A stretch of DNA of 64,000 nucleotides from Octopus sinensis (lineage: Eukaryota), in assembly GCF_006345805.1 (NCBI RefSeq), contig NC_042999.1:50096001-50160000 (forward strand), given 5' to 3'. Shown here piece after piece: positions 12,270 through 24,960 of this stretch. Each line of letters begins with the position of its first letter. The first letter of the stretch is position 1. The notes beneath the pieces were generated by a model that had not been told where the DNA came from, ran no database searches, and saw nothing but the letters and a program-made list of their open reading frames with translations. The translations under genes were made by a program, and so were the position numbers.

Positions 12270-15200
12270 AGTCACAGTCGGTGACAACTCAATGAGTTAG
12301 TCACCTTGGTGACAACGAAGTCTGGCTGACCAACCTTAGTCAGAGGGAGAAATGAAGTTTACTATCAGCAACTTTGAGACAACGTCCAACACACAACAAC
12401 TCTCACTAGCTCTAATTCTGTTCTCTTACAACATCATTCTATCTCTCTCTGTAATTACTACTAAACAATGAAGAGGACACAAACACAAACTTTACTTCGC
12501 ATGCTTTTGGATTTATCATAACCTGCCTGTCGAGGCAAGGTATTGTAACATAACAGTAAATAAATATTTCTTTAAAACTTCATGCATTGTCCATCTTTCA
12601 TCTCCTACAACATGCAATTATAACAACAAAAACTTTATCGTTACAAACTTATATATTCACATTGCCTTCAATTAATCATGTAATCGCATAGCTTCAAGAT
12701 TTTGATTAGGTGAATCCTTATTTTTAGAATGACATTGTAGGGCTGGTATGAGAGACCAAATCTAGCCATTTTGAACACAAAACAGGTATCACTGCAGCAG
12801 TATTCACCTCAGAGCAGAATTGGTATATGTTACATTCAATACCCACCCTACCCCTGAACAACTTCCAGTCTTCACTACTTCTACCAATCACCACCTTTCT
12901 GTGCCTTCAGCCACTGCCCTCTGTTCCCCTCAGCACTACTCCATTCTAAACACCTCTCATATCTGCTATCATTCCCAGTGCCCTCTCATACCTACCATCA
13001 TGCCCCACTTACTATATCCCCTTATTTATCTTAATATCTCCCTCTCCACTGTTCCTATACCTTGTATGTCATCTTACTACTTTCTCTTCTGTTCTCATTC
13101 CTGAGCCACTCCTAAATCTCCCACTTTAGCCCACTACATACCCTTGTTCATTGTTCACTACATGAACTTCTAACATCACATGTTCCCCCTCACACTTTTA
13201 TGACAGTATCCACTCTCTGAGCACCTCCCATTGACTCACTGTCCATATCCTCTCTTATGCTCACCTTCTTGTACCTTCAGAGTTGGCTCTATCACCCCAT
13301 CCCTGCTTCCTTTTATCTCTTCCAGTCAAGTACACCCTCTATTGCAAGGTATCTGTGCTTGTCCTTCTATAGTACTTTAGCCTTTCAACATCAGGCATAA
13401 AGTGACACACCTCCAACTTCTCCTCCAAAATACTTCCTATTAATATAGGGAGCTTTCCTTTTTACCTGTGCTTCTTTAGTCTTGAAATAGCAGCCTCATT
13501 AACGCTGGTGACAAAAAAAAAGTATCTAATACACTTTGTAAAGTGGTTAGCTCAAGGAAAGGCAACCAGCCATAGAAACCATGCCAAAGATGACACTGGA
13601 GCTCAACATGGCCTTGCAGCTCACTGATTCTTGTAAAATCACCCAACCCATGCCAGCATGGAAAGCAGGCATTAAATGATGACAATGATTTGTGTGTTTG
13701 TACATATATCTGTGTGAATGTGTATGCATTTGTATGTACCTGTATGTGTACTGTGAGATATAGATATTTCAGAGCCATTTATAAAACTTGATTTGTCAGC
13801 TCAAAAGTCTGATTGAAAAAATTATATACATTGTTGAGACGAAGATTCATTTATAAGTTAAAATTTGTTTTAATACATCTCTGAAATATTTGCTAAACAT
13901 TTTGCATTGGTTTTGAAGCTATTTCTAATTTCTACAAAAATCAAAAAAAAATGAAAAAAAAGGAATTTGTTTATGTTCTACTTCCATATCCAGACTGTTC
14001 AGTAAATAACAATAAAGAAAAAAAAATTCTCTGCTACTACATCTGATCTGAAAGTTAAATTGAATCAATAGTTCTTATTCATGTCAGGTGTGCTAATATG
14101 TTTCCGATGACATTCAGTTGGAAAAACTATCTTCGTGAAATGTGAACAGTGATGTCTTCTTGTATGCAAATATATATATATATATGCAAAGAAAAAAAGG
14201 AAAGAAATTATATAAAACATTATTTTTAGATTTCTGCCGGAAACCTAACAGGAAAACAAACCTTGAAGATTAATGCACATAGTTTTGTTGGAAGACATCA
14301 ACTTCACTTTGACCACAAACTATTCTCATTTCAGCTAAACAACACAGATTTCAAAAAAGCTTTTTAATAGTTTTTTTCTCAACTGCTGTTTTAATTATTG
14401 AATCAACTAACTGATAGCAGAAAGAGATAACTAATCAAGTAAACAGCAAGGTGTCAGAAAATTTCTTAATCAACAGGAATGTCAGGTTATCATGAAAATC
14501 ATGTTAAAGTTAGCACTGACATATTAATTAGAATTACACCCACAGTAAGTGCAAGGTTGGCAGTTTGGTTAAGAAGGTTGCTTCACAACCATTTGGTTCA
14601 GTCTCACTGTATGGCACTTTGGGAAAGTGTCTTCTACCATAGCTCCAGGCCAACACATGTCTTGTCAGTGAATTTCATAGACAAAAACTGCACATATTAC
14701 TACCATAAGGATTTCAAACAAATCAACCTATTATCTAACTACTACTAATTGTTTCAACAAAATGAGAATGAAAGATAAAGTTATGTTATAGTTTATTTAA
14801 AACATGTCCCTTAAGCCTTAATGCTAACTAGTGATGTGTTATCAAATATTAAATAAGTTTTATACACTAATAATTCATTTCTGAATATCTGATCAGCTTT
14901 CCATTGGCTAATAAGAATATAAGAGTTAGAAATATTAAATTTCTAAATATCTCAGAGAGATATAAGCAGTGGTGAATGATAAAGCAGTTGTATACTGTCA
15001 ACTTAATGTGACAGTCCTATAAAGGGAATCACACCACTGTTATTTAGCCCTAGCAAGCATCAACACTTCCTGTCGGCCTTGACACATTTCCTGTGTACTT
15101 ATGTTTACAAAGGGGAGACAAGCACCCCCATCCAGCTAAGCCAGCACCAAGAGACATGTGTCTGAGTCTTGCTCATCATCAGTCTGGAGTAGCATGATAT

Positions 15201-15770
15201 AATATGAGTTATATTTTCTTTATAAAAGAAACCCCAGAAAAAATACATTTTGCCTCCATTCTTTCATACTAGCATAGGTTGGATGCTTATGCTAAATCCT
15301 TTATGAACATAAGATTTTAAATTTGCATATTCAGTTTAAATATATATTTCTTATACTGAATATTCAACAAAATATAAAGGATTGATGTCTAGTTTTTAAG
15401 AGAGATAGAAGTATCGTTAACCTTTCATCATCTGACACAAGATCACCTCCTCCAATGCCCCCTCCCCTCTTAAAGGATCTAATCCTACCAGTGCTGGTGC
15501 CATGTAAAAAGCATCCAGTCCACACTGTAAAGTGGTTGCTGGTGGTTTGAAGGGAATCCAGCTGTAAAAACCATGCTAGAACTGACCTCACCTTTGCTTG
15601 TGCCACATAAAATGCACTCAGTCCATTCTGCTGGGTGGTCGGTGTTAGGAAGAGCACCCAGCCATAAACAATCATGCCAAAACAGACCTAGAAGTCTCAC
15701 ACAGCCGTCTACCTGGCCAGCTCCTGTCAAACCATCTGATCTATGTCAGCATGGAGGGCGGAAGTTAAAC

Positions 15771-15815
<45 letters not shown>

Positions 15816-16441
15816 GGTGATGGTGGTGGTGATCTTTTACTCAGGAGGGACAGCAGTGCCTATTACCCTTTACAGTTAAATAGGAATTCAGTACACTCTG
15901 TAAAGTGGTTGGTTTTAAGAAGGGCATCCAGCCATACAAACTATGTTAAAGATTACATTAGAGCTCAACACTCTGCTAAAGGCACTCTAGGAGCCAGGAG
16001 GTGATGAACTAAGTCTTCTTCTTAAGTAGGTTACATCTGAATTTGAACTCAGAACACCAAACACCAGAATGAATGCCACAAGACATGTGGTATTCTAATA
16101 TTTTTTACTGTTCTATCAATCTACTGTTATGGATTTGTACATTTTTTATTGATCACAAAAGGATGATGGCTAAGTTGACCTCGGTGAGATTTGAACTTAG
16201 ACTATCATACATTAAAACAAATACCATATGGCTTTCTATCTGACGCTAATGGTTGCGCCTATGAAGCTATGAATAAAAATGTGAGCCACATAACACTACA
16301 AGAACTGCAGCTTTTGTTTTCCATTTCATATGCTATAAATCTGAAACTATATTACTCCATACATCATATAGCTGGATATCAACTATGTTTCATTTCGTTT
16401 TTGGATTTGGTTTGCAAGATTCTTTATATGAGTTCGTGTGT

Positions 16442-16796
16442 TGAAGCATATTCTGTTGCGTCTGGGGAGGGTCATTTTCTTTTTGTGCCTTATTATGTAA
16501 CACACTCACTGGTAAAATTTACACCTTTTTCTTATTTTTATTGTCCTAAAATTTTCGTTGCGTCTTGCAACCTTTTCACTCACCGGTAAAATTTACACTT
16601 TTTTCTTATTCTTATTGACCTAAAATTTCTGTTGCGTCTTGCAACTTTTTCAAAATTATTGAAAAGGTTACAAGATGCAACGAAAATTTTAGGACAATAA
16701 AAATAAGAAAAATGTGTAAATTTTACCAGTGAGTGTGTTACATAATAAGGCACAAAAAGAAAACGACTCTCTCCAGACACAACAAACTATATTTCA
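16442..16796. repeat. Fold-back element (MITE-like) with one arm segment tandemly duplicated
   Basis: 16442-16577 is the reverse complement of about 16660-16796; 16578-16653 is a direct copy of 16503-16577. Confidence 0.85.
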
Positions 16797-18798
16797 TAAT
16801 TTTTCCAAATTAATCAGCCTGCTAACATTGTTCCAATGATTAAAAACTGAAAACGATGGATCAATGATCAAATTTTGCTTCTATAATTATCTGAGAAATA
16901 TTTAATCTTAATCGCTGTTCCGTAATGTTTTATATCAATATTCCTCATTACCAATGGCCAGAATAGAAGTAAGCTAATTTTGATATATGGTGCAGGTATG
17001 GTTGCGTGGTAAGAAGTTTGTTTCCCAAGGGGGCAAGCTGGCAAAAATGTAAGCACGCTGGGTGAAATGCTTAGCAGTATTTTGTCTGCCATTACATTCT
17101 GAGTTCAAATTCCACCAAGGTCGACTTTGCCTTTCATCCTTTAGGGGTCGATGAATTAAGTACCAGTTATGCACTGGGGTCGATGTAATCGACTTAATCC
17201 CTTTGTCTGTTATTGTTTGTCCCCTCTATGTTTAGCCCCTTGTGGACAATAAAGAAATAAGAAGCTTGCTTCCCAACCACATTATTCCAATTTCAGTCCT
17301 GCTGCATAGCACCTTATGCAAGTATCTTCTACTATTGCCTCAGGCCAACTAAAGCCTTACAAATGAATTTTGTAGATGGAAACTGAAAGAAGCTTGTTGT
17401 ATGTACACACACACACATGCACATATATACACACATATACACGTTTATGTATGCTTGTGTGTGTGTGTGTGTGCCTAAAGACTGAGGGAGAGAGAGATAA
17501 TTTAGACATGTTAAATAGGTAAGATCTTAAAATGTCAGGTCTTGGCAAGAAGCTGATATATAAAGCGAGTTACTTCTCTTAAATCTATACTAGTAACAGA
17601 AAACTATAAAAACGATAATGATAATGATAAATATAATGGGATAAGATAAGATTTAGCAAAGAGAAGGAAGGCCTTAAATTTAAAATCTTACGCATGGATG
17701 ATACAATGCAGTTGTATATAAAAGGTTTAACACAGAATGTATTTAAGGTATTTTACTATAATATCCTTGATAAAACCAATGATATTGTAGAACACACATG
17801 GTTCCATGGAAATGTTCAGTGATGTGTGCACTAAACCAAAAACAGAAATCTCTAAAGGAATAGCATCAGGAATGAGAAATGAAATGATAACTGAAACAAC
17901 TGCAGATGCAATAGCAGAAATAACCATGGTAACAGCCACAAAATTAACAACAGAAATATAAAAACAAATGTTTACAGAAGATTAACTGAATTGGATTTGA
18001 TAGAGAAAACCATTATGGGTTATATACATCTAACCTTGTTTTTATACAGAATTCTCTATAAACAAATTCATTCTCCATTTCCCATGCTTCACTACTGGCT
18101 ACAGGATTGTCAGTTCTTTGCAATGCAACAGTAATCTTTTTTAACTAGTTCTTCAAACTGGTTTAAAATCGGTTTTATATACAACTGGATTTAGTTTTAA
18201 AGTTAGATTATAGTGCTGTAGGATTTTACGGCTTGGGATCAAATGCAAGAAAAAATAGAATTTTTAGTATATAAAAATAACCAAAATGCAGAGGAATCTC
18301 ACTACTTATCTCTCTGTCTGAGTCTTTCTATATATAAAACACATTTATGAATATGTGTGTGTATGTATTTATATATATATGTGTGCCTTTTGGTTGTAAA
18401 TTGGGAATAAGCCACTTAAATAATTGTGTGTGTGTGTGTATATGTATATACTCAAACCCACTTAAAACAAACACATACATATCTTTTGTTAGTTTTTATG
18501 TCCATTTTTTTCATGCAAGTATGGGTTAGACAAACATGTTATTGAAGCATTATTTGACAGAAGGATGCCCTTCCAGTCACTAAACCATACATATTTTCCA
18601 GTAAGGGATTTCTTATTTTGCATGTCTTTGAAGGCACCAAACCAGCAGACAATTTCTTGACAGAAGTAAAGACAAGCAAATTATTGTTTGCAATGAGCAA
18701 GTTTCAAGGAATCACAATAAACAAACACAGGGCCACACATGTATACAATGCCCAACTGAAATAAGCTGGTCATAAAGATATATGCCATACATAGGTGC

Positions 18799-18956
18799 AG
18801 GAGTGGCTGTGTGGTAAGTAGCTTGCTAACCAACCACATGGTTCCAGATTCAGTCCCACTGCATGGCATCTTGGGCAAGTGTCTTTTGCTATAGCCCCGG
18901 GCCAACCAATGCCTTGTGAGTGGATTTGGTAGATGGAAACTGAAAGAAGCCTGTCG

Positions 18957-18988
<32 letters not shown>

Positions 18989-19205
18989 GTGTGTGTGTGT
19001 GTGTCTGTGTTTGTCACCCTAGCATTGCTTGACAACCGATGCTGGTGTGTTTACATCCCCGTCACTTAGCGGTTCGGCAAAAGAGTCCGATAGAATAAGT
19101 ACTGGGCTTACAAAGAATAAGTCCCGGGGTCGATTTACTCGACTCAAGGCTGTGCTCCAGCATGGCCGCAGTCAAATGACTGAAACAAGTAAAAGAGTAA
19201 AGAGT
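18799..19205 (+). mobile_element. SINE family A, full length
   Basis: Same head, core and tail as 935-1378. Other copies at 35565-36075(-), 43946-44357(+), 51232-51682(+), 54930-55408(+), 63012-63455(-). Confidence 0.85.
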
Positions 19206-19409
19206 AATATGCCAGTTTCTGTGTACCATACACTTACAAGGATATGGTTATCTCAAAGTTCCAAGGTTAGAATAGAAGATATTTGTGCAAGATACCACAC
19301 AGTGGATCTGAACCCAAAACCTAATAGTTGGGAAATTAAACTTATCCACATAACCATGGTTGCACTTGTATATGTGTCTGTCTGTCTGTCTGTATGTATG
19401 TATATATAG

Positions 19410-19740
19410 GTTGTACTGGGTCATCTTCGTAGTCATAAAGCGAGACTGATGAGTGACAACCTGGCCACTGGTGGTGGTGTTTCACACCATACTAATCATA
19501 TCTCTCAGGCATGTGGAAAAGAGTGTAATTTGGCAGGAGGACTTAAACAACATGCAAAGGTACATGAAGCCCAGTTACAACTACAGCCGGCTATTACCAG
19601 CAAAGGTTTTAGGTGCCAATTCTATACAAGACATTGTAGATCTTTGGCTAGGCTAAAAAGTCACGTTCGATCACAGCACCAATAACAGTTAAGCTTTGTG
19701 CAATGGCCATACTCAATAGCAAGGGGGCAGCCATCATATA
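19410..19740 (+). mobile_element. LINE 3' end (RTE-like) with two degenerate C2H2 fingers
   Basis: SQACGKECNLAGGLKQHAKVH and FRCQFYTRHCRSLARLKSHVRSQH, then a stop and a short tail ending GGGGCAGCCATCAT. No TGEKP linker. Confidence 0.55.
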
Positions 19741-19874
19741 TAGATATACATACATATATGTATATATATATAAAAGCTGGACTAGATTATTTTATGCGCA
19801 ACTCCATTGTCTCCCGAGACATAAAGGATGCCAACAACAATGTATATATGTTTGCGCATATGCATATATGTATG

Positions 19875-20676
19875 TACTAGCAGCATAGCCCGGCGTTGCC
19901 CGGGTATGTAAGAGCCCCTAGTAGGCAACGACTAATCCCAATCTAGTCCTTTCCCTCTAGGGAATGAAAGCGCATGTGTAGGTTGCAATGTCTTCTCTTC
20001 ACTCCCAAATAACTATCAAACAGCTATCGATAATTCAACCCAACCAATTCCTACCAGGAAGAAATTACATTTGAGACTTTACCCCCAACACCACCACTTC
20101 TACTAATAGCTGCTGCAGCCGCAAGTTATTCGAATACTTTTTTTGTTTACACTTTCTTTATAACTACCACCCCAAACGTTTTACCTTAAATTTTTGACGT
20201 ACCCTAAGGGTCCTCGGACGCTACTTGCAAACTCTTGGTTTATTATAAACTGCTTTTGTCGTGTGCATCAAAAAACCTTTTCCATTCGTTTGTTCAGTTT
20301 GGTCACTTTTGACTTTTTCGTTGTTGTCACTCACATTGCTGCCTGCTCTTTTGCCGTTTTTGTACATTTTTATACATTTTGGGATACTTACCCCACGTGT
20401 TCCGAGAGTTAAAAAGGTCAAGTTGCGTCCCCTAGACAGTCTGTAGAAAATGTGTTGCATATAAAAAGCTTAGATTCTCAACCCATGTCGAATTTATCGA
20501 TTTTTTTTCAGAACTGGGGGAACTTTTCAAAATTTTCGCTGCGTTAGTTTTGAATTATGACATTGGGCTATGTGTGTGTCAAGTTTCATCAGAATCAGTT
20601 GAAAGCCGTGGTCAGGGTGAGGGTACAACCTGACAGACACACAGACAGACAAACTGCCGTTTATATATAGAGAGAT
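19875..20676 (+). mobile_element. Non-autonomous Helentron/DINE-like element
   Basis: 5' TACTAG plus subterminal palindrome CCCGGCGTTGCCCGGG. 3' GTCAAGTTTCATCAGAATC...(GACA)n...TTTATATATAGAGAGAT. Confidence 0.7.
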
Positions 20677-21661
20677 GTATGTATGTACATATGTACGTAC
20701 GTATGTATGTATGTATGTATGTATGTATGTATGTATGTATATGAAACTGAGAAAAGCTTATGAATACTTTGGCAATATTTGCAGTAAAGTTATGTAAAGA
20801 GTCAATTTTTTTTCTTAATAACTGACCAGTTGTCATAACAATTTTATATCCAGGAAGGAAACATTCCTTTGGACGCAACCTGACTATATCTCAGATATTA
20901 CAAAACCATAAGAACGGTCAATGTTTCTCTTTGGAAAAGATGAGAAAACGGATACCGCCATAATGTCTGTGAAACATCAACTTTTTCAATGGTTTGAAAT
21001 GAATAATGGAATTTTTGATGAATGCGTGTTTCCACTGATTATTAATATATGAATGGATTTAGAATACAACTGAGACAAAATAAGAATATATCTCTGTATT
21101 GATTATTTTTTTTCAACTATTTACTTTCATTAATTCTGTTCTAATTGCTAGCTAAACAACAAATGTCTACTTCTTTTTCAGCTAGATGTAGTCAATTAAG
21201 CAGTATAATATATTTGTGTTTTTGGTTCTTTTTATTTATCTATTTATTTTATATATCCATTGTTTATTATTTTCTGTTAAAAAAAATGACAGCTTTCTCT
21301 CTCTCTCTCTCCTTCTTCTTCTTTTCCCCTACTCTTTTGTCTGTGTCTTGTTGTGAGAGCTCTGTGTAACCAGTGAAGTGTGTTGGGCAACGAAGAAGGT
21401 TATATGATTGAACAGTTGATGAGAATGCTTTGCTAATGAGCTTGTCAAGAAGCAGAAGATTGACAACTTACATTTTAATTGAAGAACCCTTCTCTTTTTA
21501 TTTACCTACTCTTTGTCTTGTGGGGGCTGCCATCAGCTAAAGCTGACATGTTTATTCAAAGGTTTGGACAATGTTTGTCATTGCAGAAGGCTTACATGAA
21601 TGCAATTCCCTCCCCTTCACACCACTGATGTTGTCCAAGGGAAAGGCTGCTACCTTAGGGT

Positions 21662-22562
21662 TGTAGTGATCCTATACAACGGCGCGCGCTCGCGCACCGT
21701 CCATTTGTATTTCGCGCGTGCAGGGTTGGTGCTTTCACCACCGGAAGAAGAACCCTTTTGCCTACGTAGCAGTTAGCCGAGGCAAGGGGTTCGTAAGACG
21801 TTGACTACCAGCGTCCAGCAAGCAGCGACTTGAGACAGCAGCGACTGAAGGCGACGGTCACGTATATTTTCTCTCCGTCCGAACTTGATTCTAGCAGCAC
21901 CTTACCAAAAGGCCTTTAACCAAATTGTTGCAGACCACATCTCCCTGTTCCGGACGCCATCTTTGACCAGTGTCGTTTTGCATTTGAACACTTTCTTATT
22001 TTACAGCGATAAGGTTCAGCACTGACACATTTATACCAAAGGGATACCAGATAACCACTTATTGTTACTGTTACCACATTAGAGAATAAAGTAGTATATA
22101 TATCTTTTACGTCTGTGTCTTGTTGTTTCTGTCTACCACCAGCGTCCAGCAAGCAGCGACTTGAGACAGCAGCGACTGAAGGCGACGGTCACGTATATTT
22201 TTTCTCCGTCCGAACTTGATTCTAGCAGCACCTTACCAAAAGGCCTTTAACCAAATTGTTGCCGACCACATCTTCCCTGTTCCGGACGCCATCTTTAACC
22301 CGTTCTGTTTTTAGCGGCTGAACATTGTAAATATTACAATCGATTAACTTTCAGCCTTGCGCGCCCAGAACCAAAGGGATACCAGATAACCACTTATTGT
22401 TACAGTTACCACATTAGAGAATAAAGTAGTATATATATCTTTGACGTCTGCGTCTTGTTGTTTCTGACTGGTAGAATTCTGGATTATTAAAGCAACGGCT
22501 AGTGATTGCCTCTTGTACCCCGAAAGTACAAGAGAAGATACATTCACTCTAAGTTCGTTACA
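21662..22562 (+). mobile_element. Solo LTR (Gypsy-like) with internal ~331-bp tandem duplication
   Basis: TGTA...TACA ends; 4-bp TSD GGGT at 21658-21661 and 22563-22566; AATAAA in each unit; CpG-rich relative to the flanks. Confidence 0.8.
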
Positions 22563-22841
22563 GGGTTTATACAACTCGGTAGCAGTATCATTGCAAATGT
22601 TGCTGCAAGAATGTAAGGAGCTGGTACAGATGCCACAACACATCCCCTCCAAGGGTCTAACGGTCCCATCAGGCTTTTGCTCTGGAATGGTACTTTTCAT
22701 TAATCCCAAAAGGGTGAAAGGCAAAGTTTACCACAGCAAGATTTGGAGATGGAGTGCAGAGGTATACAAGAAACACCATAATTCCTTTAATCCAAATGTC
22801 AAACAACACGGCCAGTCTATCACCAAGTCTTTGTCCTAGTA

Positions 22842-23072
22842 AGGCGGCGAACTGGCAGAAACATTAGCATGCCAGGTGAAATGCTTAGCAGTATTTCATC
22901 TGCCGTTATGTTCTGAGTTCAAATTCCACCGAGGTCGACTTTGCATTTCACCCTTTCGAGGTCGATTAAATAAGTACCTGTTACGCACTGGGGTCGATAT
23001 AATTGACTTAATCCATTCGTCTGTCCTTGTTTGTCTCCTCTATATTTAGCCCCTTGTGGGCAATAAAGAAAT
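22842..23072 (+). mobile_element. tRNA-derived SINE family C
   Basis: GGCGGCGAACTGGCAGAA head, GTTCAAATTCC B-box-like motif, tail GGGCAATAAAGAAATA; TSD AAGTCTTTGTC(C/G)TAGTA. Other copies near 751-930(-), 5590-5770(-), 6055-6232(-), 10345-10556(-), 17033-17260(+), 26386-26592(+), 42805-43005(-), 62070-62297(-). Confidence 0.85.
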
Positions 23073-23149
23073 AAGTCTTTGTCGTAGTATTAGAATATTT
23101 AATACCAAAATTTAGGACAAAATTTACTGAAGAGTTCATATATACTAAT

Positions 23150-23362
23150 GTGTTTAGCCTCTTGTGGTAGTAAAGAGATAGGTATTTCGTCTATCTTTAC
23201 ATTCTGAGTTCAAATTTCGCCGAGGTCAACTTTGCCTTTCATCTTTTTGGGGTCGATAAATTAAGTACCAGTTACACACTGGGGTCGATATATTCGACTT
23301 AATCCCTTTGTCTCTCTTTGTTTTTCCCTCTATATTTAGCCCCTTGTGGGCAATAAAGAAAT
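23150..23362 (+). mobile_element. 5'-truncated dimer-type SINE C flanked by a ~65-77-bp direct repeat
   Basis: Starts with a SINE C tail fused to a second body; flanked by 23073-23149 and 23363-23427. Confidence 0.75.
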
Positions 23363-24599
23363 AAGTCTTTGTCCAAGTATTAGAATATTTAATACCAAAA
23401 TTTACTGAAGAGTTCATATATACTAATCTATTCTATAAAAGTTTCAAATTTCGTACGAGCAGTTTAAAATGGAAAAGATTTTGTCTGTTAATGGCTGGAA
23501 ATAATTTAAACAGGAATGAAAATGTGAAATGGAATACTTTCATGGCAGCAACAGACAATATAAGCTCAACACTTAGTCATAAGATAGAAAGAGTAACTTT
23601 AACATGAGAGATCATTGATATTTTGCAAGTGACCACAAATCAATCAATGGTTATAGTTGTCCTTTGCGAAAATGGTGACAGAAGTGTTTGGGAGTCATTT
23701 GGGCAGCAAGACAGAAATTGTATGTTGATGATATTGCTTTTTTTTTTTGGCGGCGGGGTGGTGGTGTATTTTTTTGTTTTTGTGGTCTTTTTAAGATTTT
23801 CAGCAGAAGAGGTGAAATGTGCATTCTATCACTGAATGATGATATTGATGTCATTGGTGTTAGAATTGAACCTTTGTGGATCAGTGTTTACAGGTAAAGC
23901 ATGTGAGTGAGAGAATTCCAGGAGGTTGCATTTCTGAAAAGGCTAGAATGGGAAAGATTTTGGAGAAGGATCTGAGTAAGGGAACACACTGAAGGTGATG
24001 AGGAAAAACAGGTGAAGTTAGTGGATCAAAGTGGTGAAGATAAGAAACTAGCTTGAGCAGAGGAACAGAAGTTTTTGTTGTAATGATCGGAATCTGTATA
24101 GTATATCTGTGAACCAGTGGCTGTCATCTGTTGGCATGCGAATCACAAGCAATTAACCAAATTACTGTCATTTGGAAGTGATCTAGAATATTCCTTCTGA
24201 TAACTGTTAACCTGTATTTTCCTTGGAGGAGAGCTGTGAGAATTGGAAAGGGAACAGACAAATTGCTATGTCTCATAAAGTTAAGATGGTTTTTGAACAT
24301 TTTAACTTATCCAACCCCATAATGGAGAAAGAAGAATTAAATGTATGCCACACACACACACTCTGCTGTAATTGGGAAGTGAGACAACATCTTAAGTACT
24401 GGTGTCAAGAAAAATACATCCAAGACTCACTATAAATTGCTTGGTAAAGTTAATAATAATAATAATAATGAAATTATTGTATACAGTGCTCAGGTGCACC
24501 ACAACTTGTCAAAAGTGCGTATAAAGCATATGCAGTAATGTACAAATGTCTGGAAAGTGAACAGTGGATGAGTCAGATACATGCTTGCATGTGTATGGA

Positions 24600-24960
24600 G
24601 GGGAGAAAATCAGGTGTAGTGTTGGTGAATCTCAGGAAGCATGGATGTTTTGAAGGATGCAGTGCTCCGACAACTAACAACTGATGCCCGCAGTTTGTTC
24701 CATACTTCAGCAACTCTTAGCATGTAAAAATGTTTCCGAAAGTCATGGGAGCTGTGCTGTTTTCTGACTTTGTAAACATGTCCACGGGTGTTAGACAGGT
24801 GGAGTTTGAAAAGGTGCTCAGAGTTATTGCTTGTAAGATGGTTAATAATTTTATGGGTGTCTGCCAAATCAGCTGCCAGACTTAAGAAATGGATAAGTTG
24901 TAAGGTCTCTTTAGTTCTGTTGTGTCAAGGATTTATCAACTTCTTTAATGCTAGAGCCAC
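24600..24960 (-). mobile_element. CR1/L2-type LINE ORF2 3' end
   Basis: ADTHKIINH...LFKLHLSNTRGHVYKVRKQHSSHDFRKHFYMLRVAEVWNKL...SFK matches the TRGH..K...RK.FF..RV...WN.L motif. Confidence 0.85.

Noticed and set aside
13466-13504. 39-nt minus-strand exon VNEAAISRLKKH
   Set aside because: The acceptor derives from the antisense of an RTE 3' UTR remnant starting near 13500.
17791-17961. 56-codon Thr/Glu-rich frame with an overlapping antisense ORF
   Set aside because: Low complexity, weak acceptor, no recognisable homology.
19449-19685. Host C2H2 zinc-finger gene
   Set aside because: Only two degenerate fingers, no TGEKP linkers, and a LINE-like tail follows; better explained as a retrotransposon C-terminus.
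23620-23893. Two apparent exons (GTATGT donor at 23720, exon 23801-23893)
   Set aside because: No frame joins cleanly. The pattern INGYS...ISVYR fits a decayed LINE endonuclease at least as well; unresolved without a homology search.
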